A program made the translations under genes and the position numbers. The notes under the pieces were generated by a model, which saw only the letters and a list, made by a program, of their open reading frames with translations, made no database searches and had not been told where the DNA came from. Positions 28,029-35,860 of a DNA stretch of 55,084 bases are shown piece by piece. Where the stretch lies: contig JAYUTC010000297.1 of NCBI GenBank assembly GCA_043755395.1, positions 1 to 55,084 on the forward strand, read 5' to 3'. Source of the stretch: Ferruginibacter sp. (GTDB lineage Bacteria > Bacteroidota > Bacteroidia > Chitinophagales > Chitinophagaceae). The stretch's first letter is position 1. Each line of letters starts with the position of its first letter.

Positions 28029-28897
28029 TGAAGCGGCTACTATTTTTTTATACCGGCTTAAAGAAAATCTTTAAGCCGGATTTTTTACTTCCATTCTTTT
28101 ATAAAATTCCCCTCCTGATTAAAGGCCTTGTTGTTTATTTTATTTTGTTCCTTTTTCTTCAAAAAACAATTGCACAAAACACCAGGGTAAACGATAAAAA
28201 TACAATAGGCTGGTTTACTAATTTTACAACCCTGAAATTCTACAAAAAATGGAGTGGACACCTGGAATACCAGTGGCGAAGAGAAAACATTGTAAAAGAC
28301 TGGCAACAAAGTTTATTCAGAACCGGAGTTAATTACCAGGTCAATAATAAACTTAGCCTTCGTTTAGGTTATGCATGGGTAGAAACTTTTCCTTATGGTG
28401 ATATTCCTTTACAGGCCGCAGGAAAAAGATTTCCGGAACACAGAATTTTTCAAATGGCTACTATTGTTGATAATATAAACAAAGTAGAAATGAGCCATCG
28501 GTTTATGCTGGAACAAAGATGGATAGGCAGATACACCAATGCAGCATTAAGTAAACCTAATGATTTTTTATTTTTAAACAGGCTGCGGTATATGTATCGC
28601 ATGCAAATGGCAATTGGTAAAAAGAAGATAGAAGATAAAACGCCTTATGCAGCCATTTATGATGAAATATTTTTAGGCTTTGGAAAAAATGTAAATGAAA
28701 ATGTATTTGACCAAAATCGGTTGGGTGTTCTACTGGGTTATCGCTTTAATAAAAAATTAAGGGTGGAAGGTGGTTTTTTACAGCAAATTGTACAGTTGGG
28801 AAGGGAAGTGAATAACCGCAATGTTTTTCAGTACAATAACGGAATTATTATAAACAGTTATTTCAATTTTGATTTAAGTAAGGCTACTAAAAAATAA
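28028..28897 (+). CDS. DUF2490-like outer-membrane beta-barrel protein (start uncertain, possibly CTG at 28115)
   Basis: W..HLEYQWRR, EHRIFQ, HRFMLEQRW, NRLRY, YDEIF and FDQNR motifs. Confidence 0.8.
   Translation: MKRLLFFYTGLKKIFKPDFLLPFFYKIPLLIKGLVVYFILFLFLQKTIAQNTRVNDKNTIGWFTNFTTLKFYKKWSGHLEYQWRRENIVKDWQQSLFRTGVNYQVNNKLSLRLGYAWVETFPYGDIPLQAAGKRFPEHRIFQMATIVDNINKVEMSHRFMLEQRWIGRYTNAALSKPNDFLFLNRLRYMYRMQMAIGKKKIEDKTPYAAIYDEIFLGFGKNVNENVFDQNRLGVLLGYRFNKKLRVEGGFLQQIVQLGREVNNRNVFQYNNGIIINSYFNFDLSKATKK
28053..28086 (+). terminator. Intrinsic terminator-like hairpin after the first carbonic anhydrase
   Basis: CCGGCTTAAAGA-AAA-TCTTTAAGCCGG followed by ATTTTTT. Confidence 0.7.
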
Positions 28898-28936
28898 ATT
28901 TATCAACATATTCAGCCAGAGACAAAATAAGAAATT

Positions 28937-29479
28937 ATGAACTACATGATAAGTAAAATAATACTCTTAGCAACCCTGTTTTTTATATCCCAACATGGAA
29001 TGGGACAAGCAAATAAAAGTAAAAGTCTATCAATAAACTTCGGACCAGAAGTATCTTTTCCTGAAACAGCTTTAAGAAAAACGCAAAACACCGGTTATGG
29101 CGGTAGTTTTAAAGCGGAGTATACTTTTGGCAAACATGCCAGCGCAACCATCAACAGCGGCGTATCTTTTTTTAAGGGTAGAAAATATTTTGACGATGTG
29201 TTATTATCCCAAAAAGAATATCAATCTTTAACTGCGATTCCCTTAAAAGCTGGTTTAAGGTATTATGTTAGCAATTTTTATGCATCCGGAGAAGCGGGTA
29301 TGGTTTTTTTAAGTAGATACTTAAATACCTCCCGGCCTGTAGTAAGCTTGGGAATAGGTGATAAAATTAAAATTGGCCAGGGTAAAATTGATATTTCACT
29401 CAGACAGGAATTTTGGCTCAGTAATCCTCAAAATTTAAATATGGCTATATTAAGAGTAGCGTATGAAATTGTTTGGTAG
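28937..29479 (+). CDS. Small outer-membrane beta-barrel protein
   Basis: Signal peptide, alternating beta strands (AIPLKAGLRYY, GEAG, LRVAY) and a terminal aromatic residue. Confidence 0.7.
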   Translation: MNYMISKIILLATLFFISQHGMGQANKSKSLSINFGPEVSFPETALRKTQNTGYGGSFKAEYTFGKHASATINSGVSFFKGRKYFDDVLLSQKEYQSLTAIPLKAGLRYYVSNFYASGEAGMVFLSRYLNTSRPVVSLGIGDKIKIGQGKIDISLRQEFWLSNPQNLNMAILRVAYEIVW

Positions 29480-29580
29480 CAAAAAATACCAGTTCTTTGT
29501 CTATGTAATTAAGCCAATATAATCTTTTATAGTTGCTAAAAGTTTAAAGAGATTTTATTCTTTTTTTTAAAAATGAATCT

Positions 29581-30339
29581 ATGGATTATCAAATAATAAT
29601 TTCACTATTAACACTCATTGCATTAGAAATTATTTTAGGAATAGACAATGTAATATTCATCTCTATTTTAGCAAATAAATTACCGGTATACCAACAAAAA
29701 AAAGCAAGGCTCTACGGCTTAATTCTTGCAATGCTGCTTCGCCTGGCTTTATTAGCAGTAGTATCATTCATTATGCAATTAGATAATGATTTGTTCCGGA
29801 TTTTTAATAAGGGTATATCAGTTAAAGATTTGATTTTGATACTGGGAGGTTTATTCTTATTATATAAAAGTGCTACCGAAATTTATCATAAAATGGAGGG
29901 TGAAGAGGGAAACCAAAGTAAAAAAATTAAAGCCGTTACCTTTACCCAGGTAATTATTCAAATATTGATAATGGATCTTGTTTTTTCTATTGACTCCATC
30001 ATTACTGCCATAGGAATGGTTAAAGAAGTATGGATTATGTATGTGGCCATTATTGTTACTGTTTTAATAATGTTGGTTGCTGCAGAACCTATCAGCAATT
30101 TTGTAAATAAACACCCCGCCTTTAAAATGCTGGCACTTTCTTTTTTGTTACTGATAGGGTTTGCATTGATAAGTGAAGGATTTGGTGTAGAAATTCCAAA
30201 AGGATATATTTATTTTTCAATGGCATTTTCTATGCTGGTAAGTATTTTTCAGGTGCGGATGAACAGGAATACCAAGCCCGTAATTACACACGAACATTAT
30301 ATAGAAGGGGAAGAAAATTTACCTAAGAATGTATTGTAA
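29581..30339 (+). CDS. TerC-family membrane protein
   Basis: LEIILGIDNVIFISI, GGLFLLYK...EI, DLVFSIDSIITAIGM and PKGYIYFSMAFS. Confidence 0.92.
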   Translation: MDYQIIISLLTLIALEIILGIDNVIFISILANKLPVYQQKKARLYGLILAMLLRLALLAVVSFIMQLDNDLFRIFNKGISVKDLILILGGLFLLYKSATEIYHKMEGEEGNQSKKIKAVTFTQVIIQILIMDLVFSIDSIITAIGMVKEVWIMYVAIIVTVLIMLVAAEPISNFVNKHPAFKMLALSFLLLIGFALISEGFGVEIPKGYIYFSMAFSMLVSIFQVRMNRNTKPVITHEHYIEGEENLPKNVL

Positions 30340-30417
30340 TCAATAATAACATAAAATATTTACAGGTATTCTTTTAACTGAATGTATATTTTACTTTTTA
30401 TTCTTCCCCACAGCCCC

Positions 30418-30425
30418 TACATTTG
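30418..30425 (+). promoter_or_regulatory. -7 promoter element of the second carbonic anhydrase
   Basis: TACATTTG 9 nt upstream of the ATG. Confidence 0.5.
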
Positions 30426-30434
30426 TTCTGATAT

Positions 30435-31067
30435 ATGAAACCTTTTGAAAAAATATTACAGGATAATAAAGAATGGGCCACTCAAATGCTGGCCGATGAC
30501 CCCAACTATTTTAAACGCCTAGTAGAAATACAAAGCCCCGAAGTATTATGGATTGGATGTAGCGACAGCCGCGTTCCCGCTGATAAAATTACCGGCACCG
30601 ACCCCGGAGAAATTTTTGTGCATCGTAATGTAGCCAACCTGGTAGTACATACCGATTTAAATTTATTAAGTGTTTTGCAATATGCCGTAGAGGTTTTAAA
30701 AGTAAAACATGTAATTGTTTGCGGCCATCACAATTGCGGTGGTATAAGAGCTGCTTTAAGAAACCAAAGCCTGGGCCTGATTGATAAATGGTTGTGGAAT
30801 ATTAAAAATGTTTATAGCCAGTATAAAGTTGAAATAAATTCTTTGGATAACGAAGATGCCCAGGTTGATTTACTTACCGAACTGAATGTAAAAGAACAGG
30901 TATTGAATCTAGCCAAAACATCTATAATTCAAAAAGCCTGGAAAAACAGAAAGGGGCCCGACTTACATGGCTGGGTGTATGATTTAAGAGATGGAATTAT
31001 TAACCCGGTTTTTGATATGCCCTCCGGAAGTAAAATAGATGATATTTTTGAGTATGATAATTTATAG
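30435..31067 (+). CDS. can: Beta-class carbonic anhydrase (Can-like)
   Basis: WIGCSDSRVP, GEIFVHRNVAN, LQYAV, CGHHNCGG and HGWVYD. Confidence 0.92.
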   Translation: MKPFEKILQDNKEWATQMLADDPNYFKRLVEIQSPEVLWIGCSDSRVPADKITGTDPGEIFVHRNVANLVVHTDLNLLSVLQYAVEVLKVKHVIVCGHHNCGGIRAALRNQSLGLIDKWLWNIKNVYSQYKVEINSLDNEDAQVDLLTELNVKEQVLNLAKTSIIQKAWKNRKGPDLHGWVYDLRDGIINPVFDMPSGSKIDDIFEYDNL

Positions 31068-31071
31068 CTGC

Positions 31072-31830
31072 TTATTTTGTTTTAAATTTTTCAATGGCAT
31101 TTTTTGTAAATTCACCTAATACTAACTTGCCGCTTATTGCAGCTCTTTCTTTCAACAATTCATCCCAGTGTTCTGTACCCTTCCAGAATATTTTTTTCAT
31201 TTCGGCCATTGCATGGGGTGAGGAATGATTAAGAGAGTTAGCAAGTTTATAAATAGCTTCATCCATATTTTCTATACTCTCATGCATTTCCGAAAAAAGG
31301 CCTTTTCGTTTTGCCCAATCTGCACTACGAAAAGTTGCCGCATCAATTGCCAGGGTAGAAAAAGCTGCAGTGCCAATTTTTCTTTCTACTGCCGGCCCTA
31401 CAACAAATGGACCGATACCTATAGCAAGTTCACTTAATTTTACATCCGCTTTATCTGTTGCAATAGCATAATCAACAGCAGCAGCCAACCCAACTCCACC
31501 ACCAACGCATTTTCCCTGTATTCGCCCAATAATAAATTTGGGACATTTACGTATGGCATTAATAACATTAGCAAATCCACTGAAAAATTTTAACCCTTCG
31601 GCTTCAGTTTTAATAGCTATCAATTCATCAAAGCTGGCACCACTGCAAAATGTTTTTTCGCCTGCGCTTTGTAAAATAATTACTCTCGTATCATCATGTG
31701 TTCCTGCAAAATGAATTTCTTTGGCCAGCTCCTGTAAAATTTTTCCCGGTAAAGAATTGCTTTGAGGATGAAAAAATTCTATCGTATTGATGCCATGCTC
31801 AATATGGCTTTTTACATATGCTTCTGACAT
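31072..31830 (-). CDS. Enoyl-CoA hydratase/isomerase family protein
   Basis: FCSGASFDE, GKCVGGGVGL and LSELAIGIGP crotonase motifs. Confidence 0.88.
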   Translation of the reverse strand: MSEAYVKSHIEHGINTIEFFHPQSNSLPGKILQELAKEIHFAGTHDDTRVIILQSAGEKTFCSGASFDELIAIKTEAEGLKFFSGFANVINAIRKCPKFIIGRIQGKCVGGGVGLAAAVDYAIATDKADVKLSELAIGIGPFVVGPAVERKIGTAAFSTLAIDAATFRSADWAKRKGLFSEMHESIENMDEAIYKLANSLNHSSPHAMAEMKKIFWKGTEHWDELLKERAAISGKLVLGEFTKNAIEKFKTK

Positions 31831-31848
31831 AAAATAATTTTATAAAAG

Positions 31849-33924
31849 TTACTGATTTTTCATTTTTACCATTGTTAAAATTGTGGCTACGCCGGTTACC
31901 TCATTGGTTTCATCAAAAAACTCCACCAGCCATTTTACAATGCCTTTATCAATATCATCTCCTCTTTTAAAGTCCTCCGGTTTTTCTATTACTCTTTTAT
32001 CATTTGGCAATTTTTCTTTACAGGTAAATCTTATGTACACTTCTGCACCGGGGTAAACTGGTTTTGTAAAACGCAGTTCGTCAATTCCGTAATTTAATAA
32101 CACCGGATTTTTTTCATAACTATCCACAAACAAACCTGCAGCAATACTCATTATAAAATAGCCATGTGCAACCTGTTGCTCAAACATAGTACCAGTAAAA
32201 TCGGTGGTTTTAATATGGGCATAAAAATGATCGCCGCTTAAATCGGCAAATTTGTCAATGTCTTCACTGCTGATAGTTCTTTTATCCGTTACAATCTGGT
32301 CGCCAATTTCCAGTTCTTCAAAATATTTTTTAAAAGGGTGTTTGCCAGTATCTTTTCCTGCGGCATTGGGCTGATACACATTGGTGATTGCCGTAATAGT
32401 TGTTGGAGAACCCTGCAGAGCGGTGCGCTGCAAATAATGTTTCACTCCACGTATGCCTCCCATTTCTTCACCGCCCCCCGCCCGGCCGGGGCCACCATGT
32501 ACTAATAACGGCAGGGGTGAGCCGTGACCGGTACTTTCTTTTGCACACTCATTGTTTAAAACCAAAATTCTTCCATGGTGAGATGATGCTGCAACAACAT
32601 ATTGTTTAGCTAATTTATAATCTGCAGTAACTATTGTGCTTACCAAACTTCCTTTACCTAATTTACTCAATGCAATTGCTGCATCTATATTTTTATAAGG
32701 CATAATGGTACTCACCGGCCCAAAAGCTTCTACTTCATGTGCTTCCTTTGCATCAAAAGGTTTTTCATTCATTAATAATATAGGGGAAATAAAAGCTCCT
32801 TTATTTGCATCGGCATCTATCACTTCCACACTATCCAAACTACCATAAACAATTTGAGATGATGCCAGTAATTTTTGCACCTGTTCTTTTACCTCATTAC
32901 GTTGTGTTTGTCCGGCAAGGCTTCCCATTCGTACTTTTTCATTTAATGGATTGCCTATTGTTGTTTGCGAAAGTGATGATGCAATCGCCTTCCACATTTC
33001 TTCCATTTTATTTTCGGGCACAAATATTCTTCTGATGCCCGTACAACGTTGCCCTGCTTTCAAAGTCATTTCTCTTCGCACTTCTTTTACAAAAATGTCC
33101 CACTCAGCAGTTCCCGGTGCTGCATCTTCGCCCAGCACAATGCAATTTAAACTATCGGCTTCCATGGTAAATGGAACCGATTCTCTTAAAATATTTGGAT
33201 TAGATTTTAATAGTAACCCGGTTGCTGCACTACCCGTAAAGGTTACTACATCCTGCGATGTTACCTGATCTAATAAATCGCCGGCACTGCCACAAATTAA
33301 TTGTAAGCTTCCTTCAGGTAAAATTTTACTGGCAATAATTTCTTTTACTACCGCTTCAGTTAAATAACTGGTAACTGTTGCAGGTTTTACAATACAGGGC
33401 ATTCCTGCTAATAGATTAACAGCAATTTTTTCCAGCATACCCCAGACCGGAAAATTAAATGCATTGATATGAATGGCCACACCTTCTTTTGGTGTAAGAA
33501 TATGGGTGCCCATAAAAGTATTGTTCTGGCTAAGATTGTGGCTTTCGCCATCTATACAAAAAACTTCGTCCGGAAATTTTCTTCGCAACGATGCGTTGAC
33601 AAATAAATTTCCAATTCCCCCCTCAATATCTACCCAGCTATCTGCTTTGGTGGCACCGGTTTGGTAACTAATTGTATAAAATTTATCAAGGTGTTTTCTT
33701 AAATGCAATGCTAATGCTTTAAGCATATTACCTCTTGCATGAAACGTCATTTTGCGTAATGCCGGGTTGCCAACCTCCCTGGCATAATGGGTGATAGATT
33801 TAAAATCTAAACCTTTTGTACTGGCAGTACCAATTACTGCTGCAGTAACAGCATTATACAAATATTGCCCCTCTCCATCACCGGTTATCCAGTTGCCCCC
33901 AATATAATTTTCTAATTTAATCAT
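31849..33924 (-). CDS. paaZ: Phenylacetate degradation bifunctional protein PaaZ (aldehyde dehydrogenase plus MaoC hydratase)
   Basis: HINAFNFPVWGMLEK, EADSLN, GQRCT, EAFGPV, HGGPGRAGGGEE and the MaoC motif SGDHFYAH. Confidence 0.95.
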   Translation of the reverse strand: MIKLENYIGGNWITGDGEGQYLYNAVTAAVIGTASTKGLDFKSITHYAREVGNPALRKMTFHARGNMLKALALHLRKHLDKFYTISYQTGATKADSWVDIEGGIGNLFVNASLRRKFPDEVFCIDGESHNLSQNNTFMGTHILTPKEGVAIHINAFNFPVWGMLEKIAVNLLAGMPCIVKPATVTSYLTEAVVKEIIASKILPEGSLQLICGSAGDLLDQVTSQDVVTFTGSAATGLLLKSNPNILRESVPFTMEADSLNCIVLGEDAAPGTAEWDIFVKEVRREMTLKAGQRCTGIRRIFVPENKMEEMWKAIASSLSQTTIGNPLNEKVRMGSLAGQTQRNEVKEQVQKLLASSQIVYGSLDSVEVIDADANKGAFISPILLMNEKPFDAKEAHEVEAFGPVSTIMPYKNIDAAIALSKLGKGSLVSTIVTADYKLAKQYVVAASSHHGRILVLNNECAKESTGHGSPLPLLVHGGPGRAGGGEEMGGIRGVKHYLQRTALQGSPTTITAITNVYQPNAAGKDTGKHPFKKYFEELEIGDQIVTDKRTISSEDIDKFADLSGDHFYAHIKTTDFTGTMFEQQVAHGYFIMSIAAGLFVDSYEKNPVLLNYGIDELRFTKPVYPGAEVYIRFTCKEKLPNDKRVIEKPEDFKRGDDIDKGIVKWLVEFFDETNEVTGVATILTMVKMKNQ

Positions 33925-33950
33925 ATAAACAAATCGTTTGTTTTGTAAAG

Positions 33951-34415
33951 CTACAACCCAAATTGCTTTGCATGATGCAATACATGCTTATAATGAAACA
34001 AAGTCCATTCTTCAAAATTTAATTCCCCAAATACCGGGTGAAGCGTTGTTTTATTTTCGTTTTCTTTAAAATAATCAAGAAAGGCAGTTATATTTTTTTG
34101 TAAAGCATCTATAGCTTCATCCATATTTTTATACTCCAGTGGCAAAGGCGCTTCGCCTACTACACTTTCCGGAGCTTTTGTATTTTCCCTGAACTCTTTA
34201 TCACTCAATAAAAATTCTTTATATTTTGGTAAATGTTCTTCCGGGGTAACTAATGGAATATGGAGTTTACCTGAGGAGAAATTAAAAATTGCAGACACAT
34301 GCTCCACCATTTGCTGGCTATTCATCTTTCCCCATTTACCAACCGAAGTAGCAGGCAGGTTTTTTACTGATTCTATAAATCCATATTTAATAAAACTAAG
34401 TTTTGTTTCATCCAT
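33951..34415 (-). CDS. DinB/DUF1569-like protein
   Basis: WGKM..QQMVEH, HPVFGEL..EEW and KHVLHHAKQFG. Confidence 0.75.
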   Translation of the reverse strand: MDETKLSFIKYGFIESVKNLPATSVGKWGKMNSQQMVEHVSAIFNFSSGKLHIPLVTPEEHLPKYKEFLLSDKEFRENTKAPESVVGEAPLPLEYKNMDEAIDALQKNITAFLDYFKENENKTTLHPVFGELNFEEWTLFHYKHVLHHAKQFGL

Positions 34416-34445
34416 ATTTTTTTATTTAGCAACACAATGTAAATA

Positions 34446-34481
34446 AAAAAAGCATCCCGCCAAATGACGGGATGCTTTTTT
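34446..34481 (-). terminator. Intrinsic terminator of adk
   Basis: AAAAAAGCATCCCG-N8-CGGGATGCTTTTTT. Confidence 0.85.
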
Positions 34482-34499
34482 AAAAAGATTGTAAAACAA

Positions 34500-35075
34500 T
34501 TACATTCTGCTATCTATTTCATTACTCAATTCTTTAAAAATATCATCAACTGTTCCTTCGCCTTTTACCATTACTACTTTATCAAAAATTTTATAGTAAT
34601 CAGCAACGGCAGCAGTTTTATTATGATACTCTGTAATTCTTGCTCTTATAACAGTTTCGTTGGTGTCGTCACTTCTGCCGCTTGTTTCACCACGCTTCAT
34701 TAATCTTTTGGTCAACTCCTCTTCGCTAACATTTAAAGCAAGCATTACGGCAATAGATGTATTTTTTAACTTCAGCAATTTATCCAGGGCTTCGGCCTGT
34801 GCCGATGTGCGTGGAAAGCCATCAAATAAAAATCCTTTCGCTCCCGGATTGGAGTCCAAAGCAGAACTTATCATACCAATTACAACCTCATCAGGTACCA
34901 ACTGGCCTTTATCCATCATTTTTTTTGCTTCAATACCTAATAGGCTCATATTGGCAATTTCGCTGCGCAAAAGATCGCCGGTGCTAAGATGTTTTAAACC
35001 ATATTTCGCAATAAGTTTTTCGCTTTGCGTTCCTTTGCCACTGCCTGGAGGGCCAAATAGTATTAAATTAAACAT
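34500..35075 (-). CDS. adk: Adenylate kinase, short-LID type
   Basis: GPPGSGKGTQ, HLSTGDLLR, GQLVPD, DGFPRT and RGETSGRSDD. Confidence 0.97.
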   Translation of the reverse strand: MFNLILFGPPGSGKGTQSEKLIAKYGLKHLSTGDLLRSEIANMSLLGIEAKKMMDKGQLVPDEVVIGMISSALDSNPGAKGFLFDGFPRTSAQAEALDKLLKLKNTSIAVMLALNVSEEELTKRLMKRGETSGRSDDTNETVIRARITEYHNKTAAVADYYKIFDKVVMVKGEGTVDDIFKELSNEIDSRM

Positions 35076-35102
35076 ATTTACTTACTAACCTTGTGATGTA
35101 AG

Positions 35103-35110
35103 CAAATATA
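35103..35110 (-). promoter_or_regulatory. -7 promoter element of adk
   Basis: TATATTTG on the minus strand 27 nt upstream of the ATG. Confidence 0.55.
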
Positions 35111-35220
35111 ATATACGAACTTTAAATATCCTTTAACAATTGTAAGAAAGTGTTGAAAATCTTTGAGGGCAATGTTTTTGTATATTTAAAGCCTTGTGTT
35201 AGGACTATATAAAATAAGAT

Positions 35221-35757
35221 ATGATAAAATTAATTTACATAACAGTGCTTTTAATACTAACCGGATGCAATTCGGGTAATATCAATAAAAATCAAATAAA
35301 AAATATGGATTCCAATAAAATCAACAACCCGGCTTATTCAAACTCCGACAGTAATAAAGTATCCATTAGCAATGAAGAATGGAAAAAAATATTACCTAAA
35401 GATGTATATGAAATTGCCAGAGAAAAAGGTACAGAAAGAGCATTTACAGGAAAATATACCGAACACAAGGAAGTAGGTACTTATTATTGTGCTGTATGTG
35501 GCAATCAGCTTTTTCGTAGTAATGGCAAGTTTGAAAGCAGTTGTGGCTGGCCAAGTTTTTTTGAACCGGTAACTAAAGGCAGTATTATATATACGCCCGA
35601 TAATACCCATGGCATGAAAAGGACAGAAGTAATGTGTGGCAGGTGCAAAAGTCATTTAGGACATGTATTTGAAGATGGGCCACCACCAACAGGCTTGCGT
35701 TATTGTATTAATTCTGTAGTGCTTGATTTTAAAAAAGCAAATGATAGTAAGGAGTGA
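35221..35757 (+). CDS. msrB: Peptide-methionine (R)-S-oxide reductase MsrB with a lipoprotein-type signal
   Basis: GTERAFTG, CAVC, CGWPSF, CGRC, HLGHVF and RYCINS, with an N-terminal LILTGC. Confidence 0.95.
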   Translation: MIKLIYITVLLILTGCNSGNINKNQIKNMDSNKINNPAYSNSDSNKVSISNEEWKKILPKDVYEIAREKGTERAFTGKYTEHKEVGTYYCAVCGNQLFRSNGKFESSCGWPSFFEPVTKGSIIYTPDNTHGMKRTEVMCGRCKSHLGHVFEDGPPPTGLRYCINSVVLDFKKANDSKE

Positions 35758-35823
35758 AGTAATGAATTAAATACCACAAAACTATATTCACTTTCCATTC
35801 ATATATTTCTTTTGTTCTATCGC

Positions 35824-35831
35824 TATTTTTG
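35824..35831 (+). promoter_or_regulatory. -7 promoter element
   Basis: TATTTTTG 29 nt upstream of the ATG at 35861. Confidence 0.5.
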
Positions 35832-35860
35832 TTGCAACTTCATTCCTCAAAATTTCTGCA

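Noticed and set aside
25819-31067. Autotrophic carbon-concentrating mechanism
   Set aside because: No RuBisCO, carboxysome shell or DabAB genes in the window.
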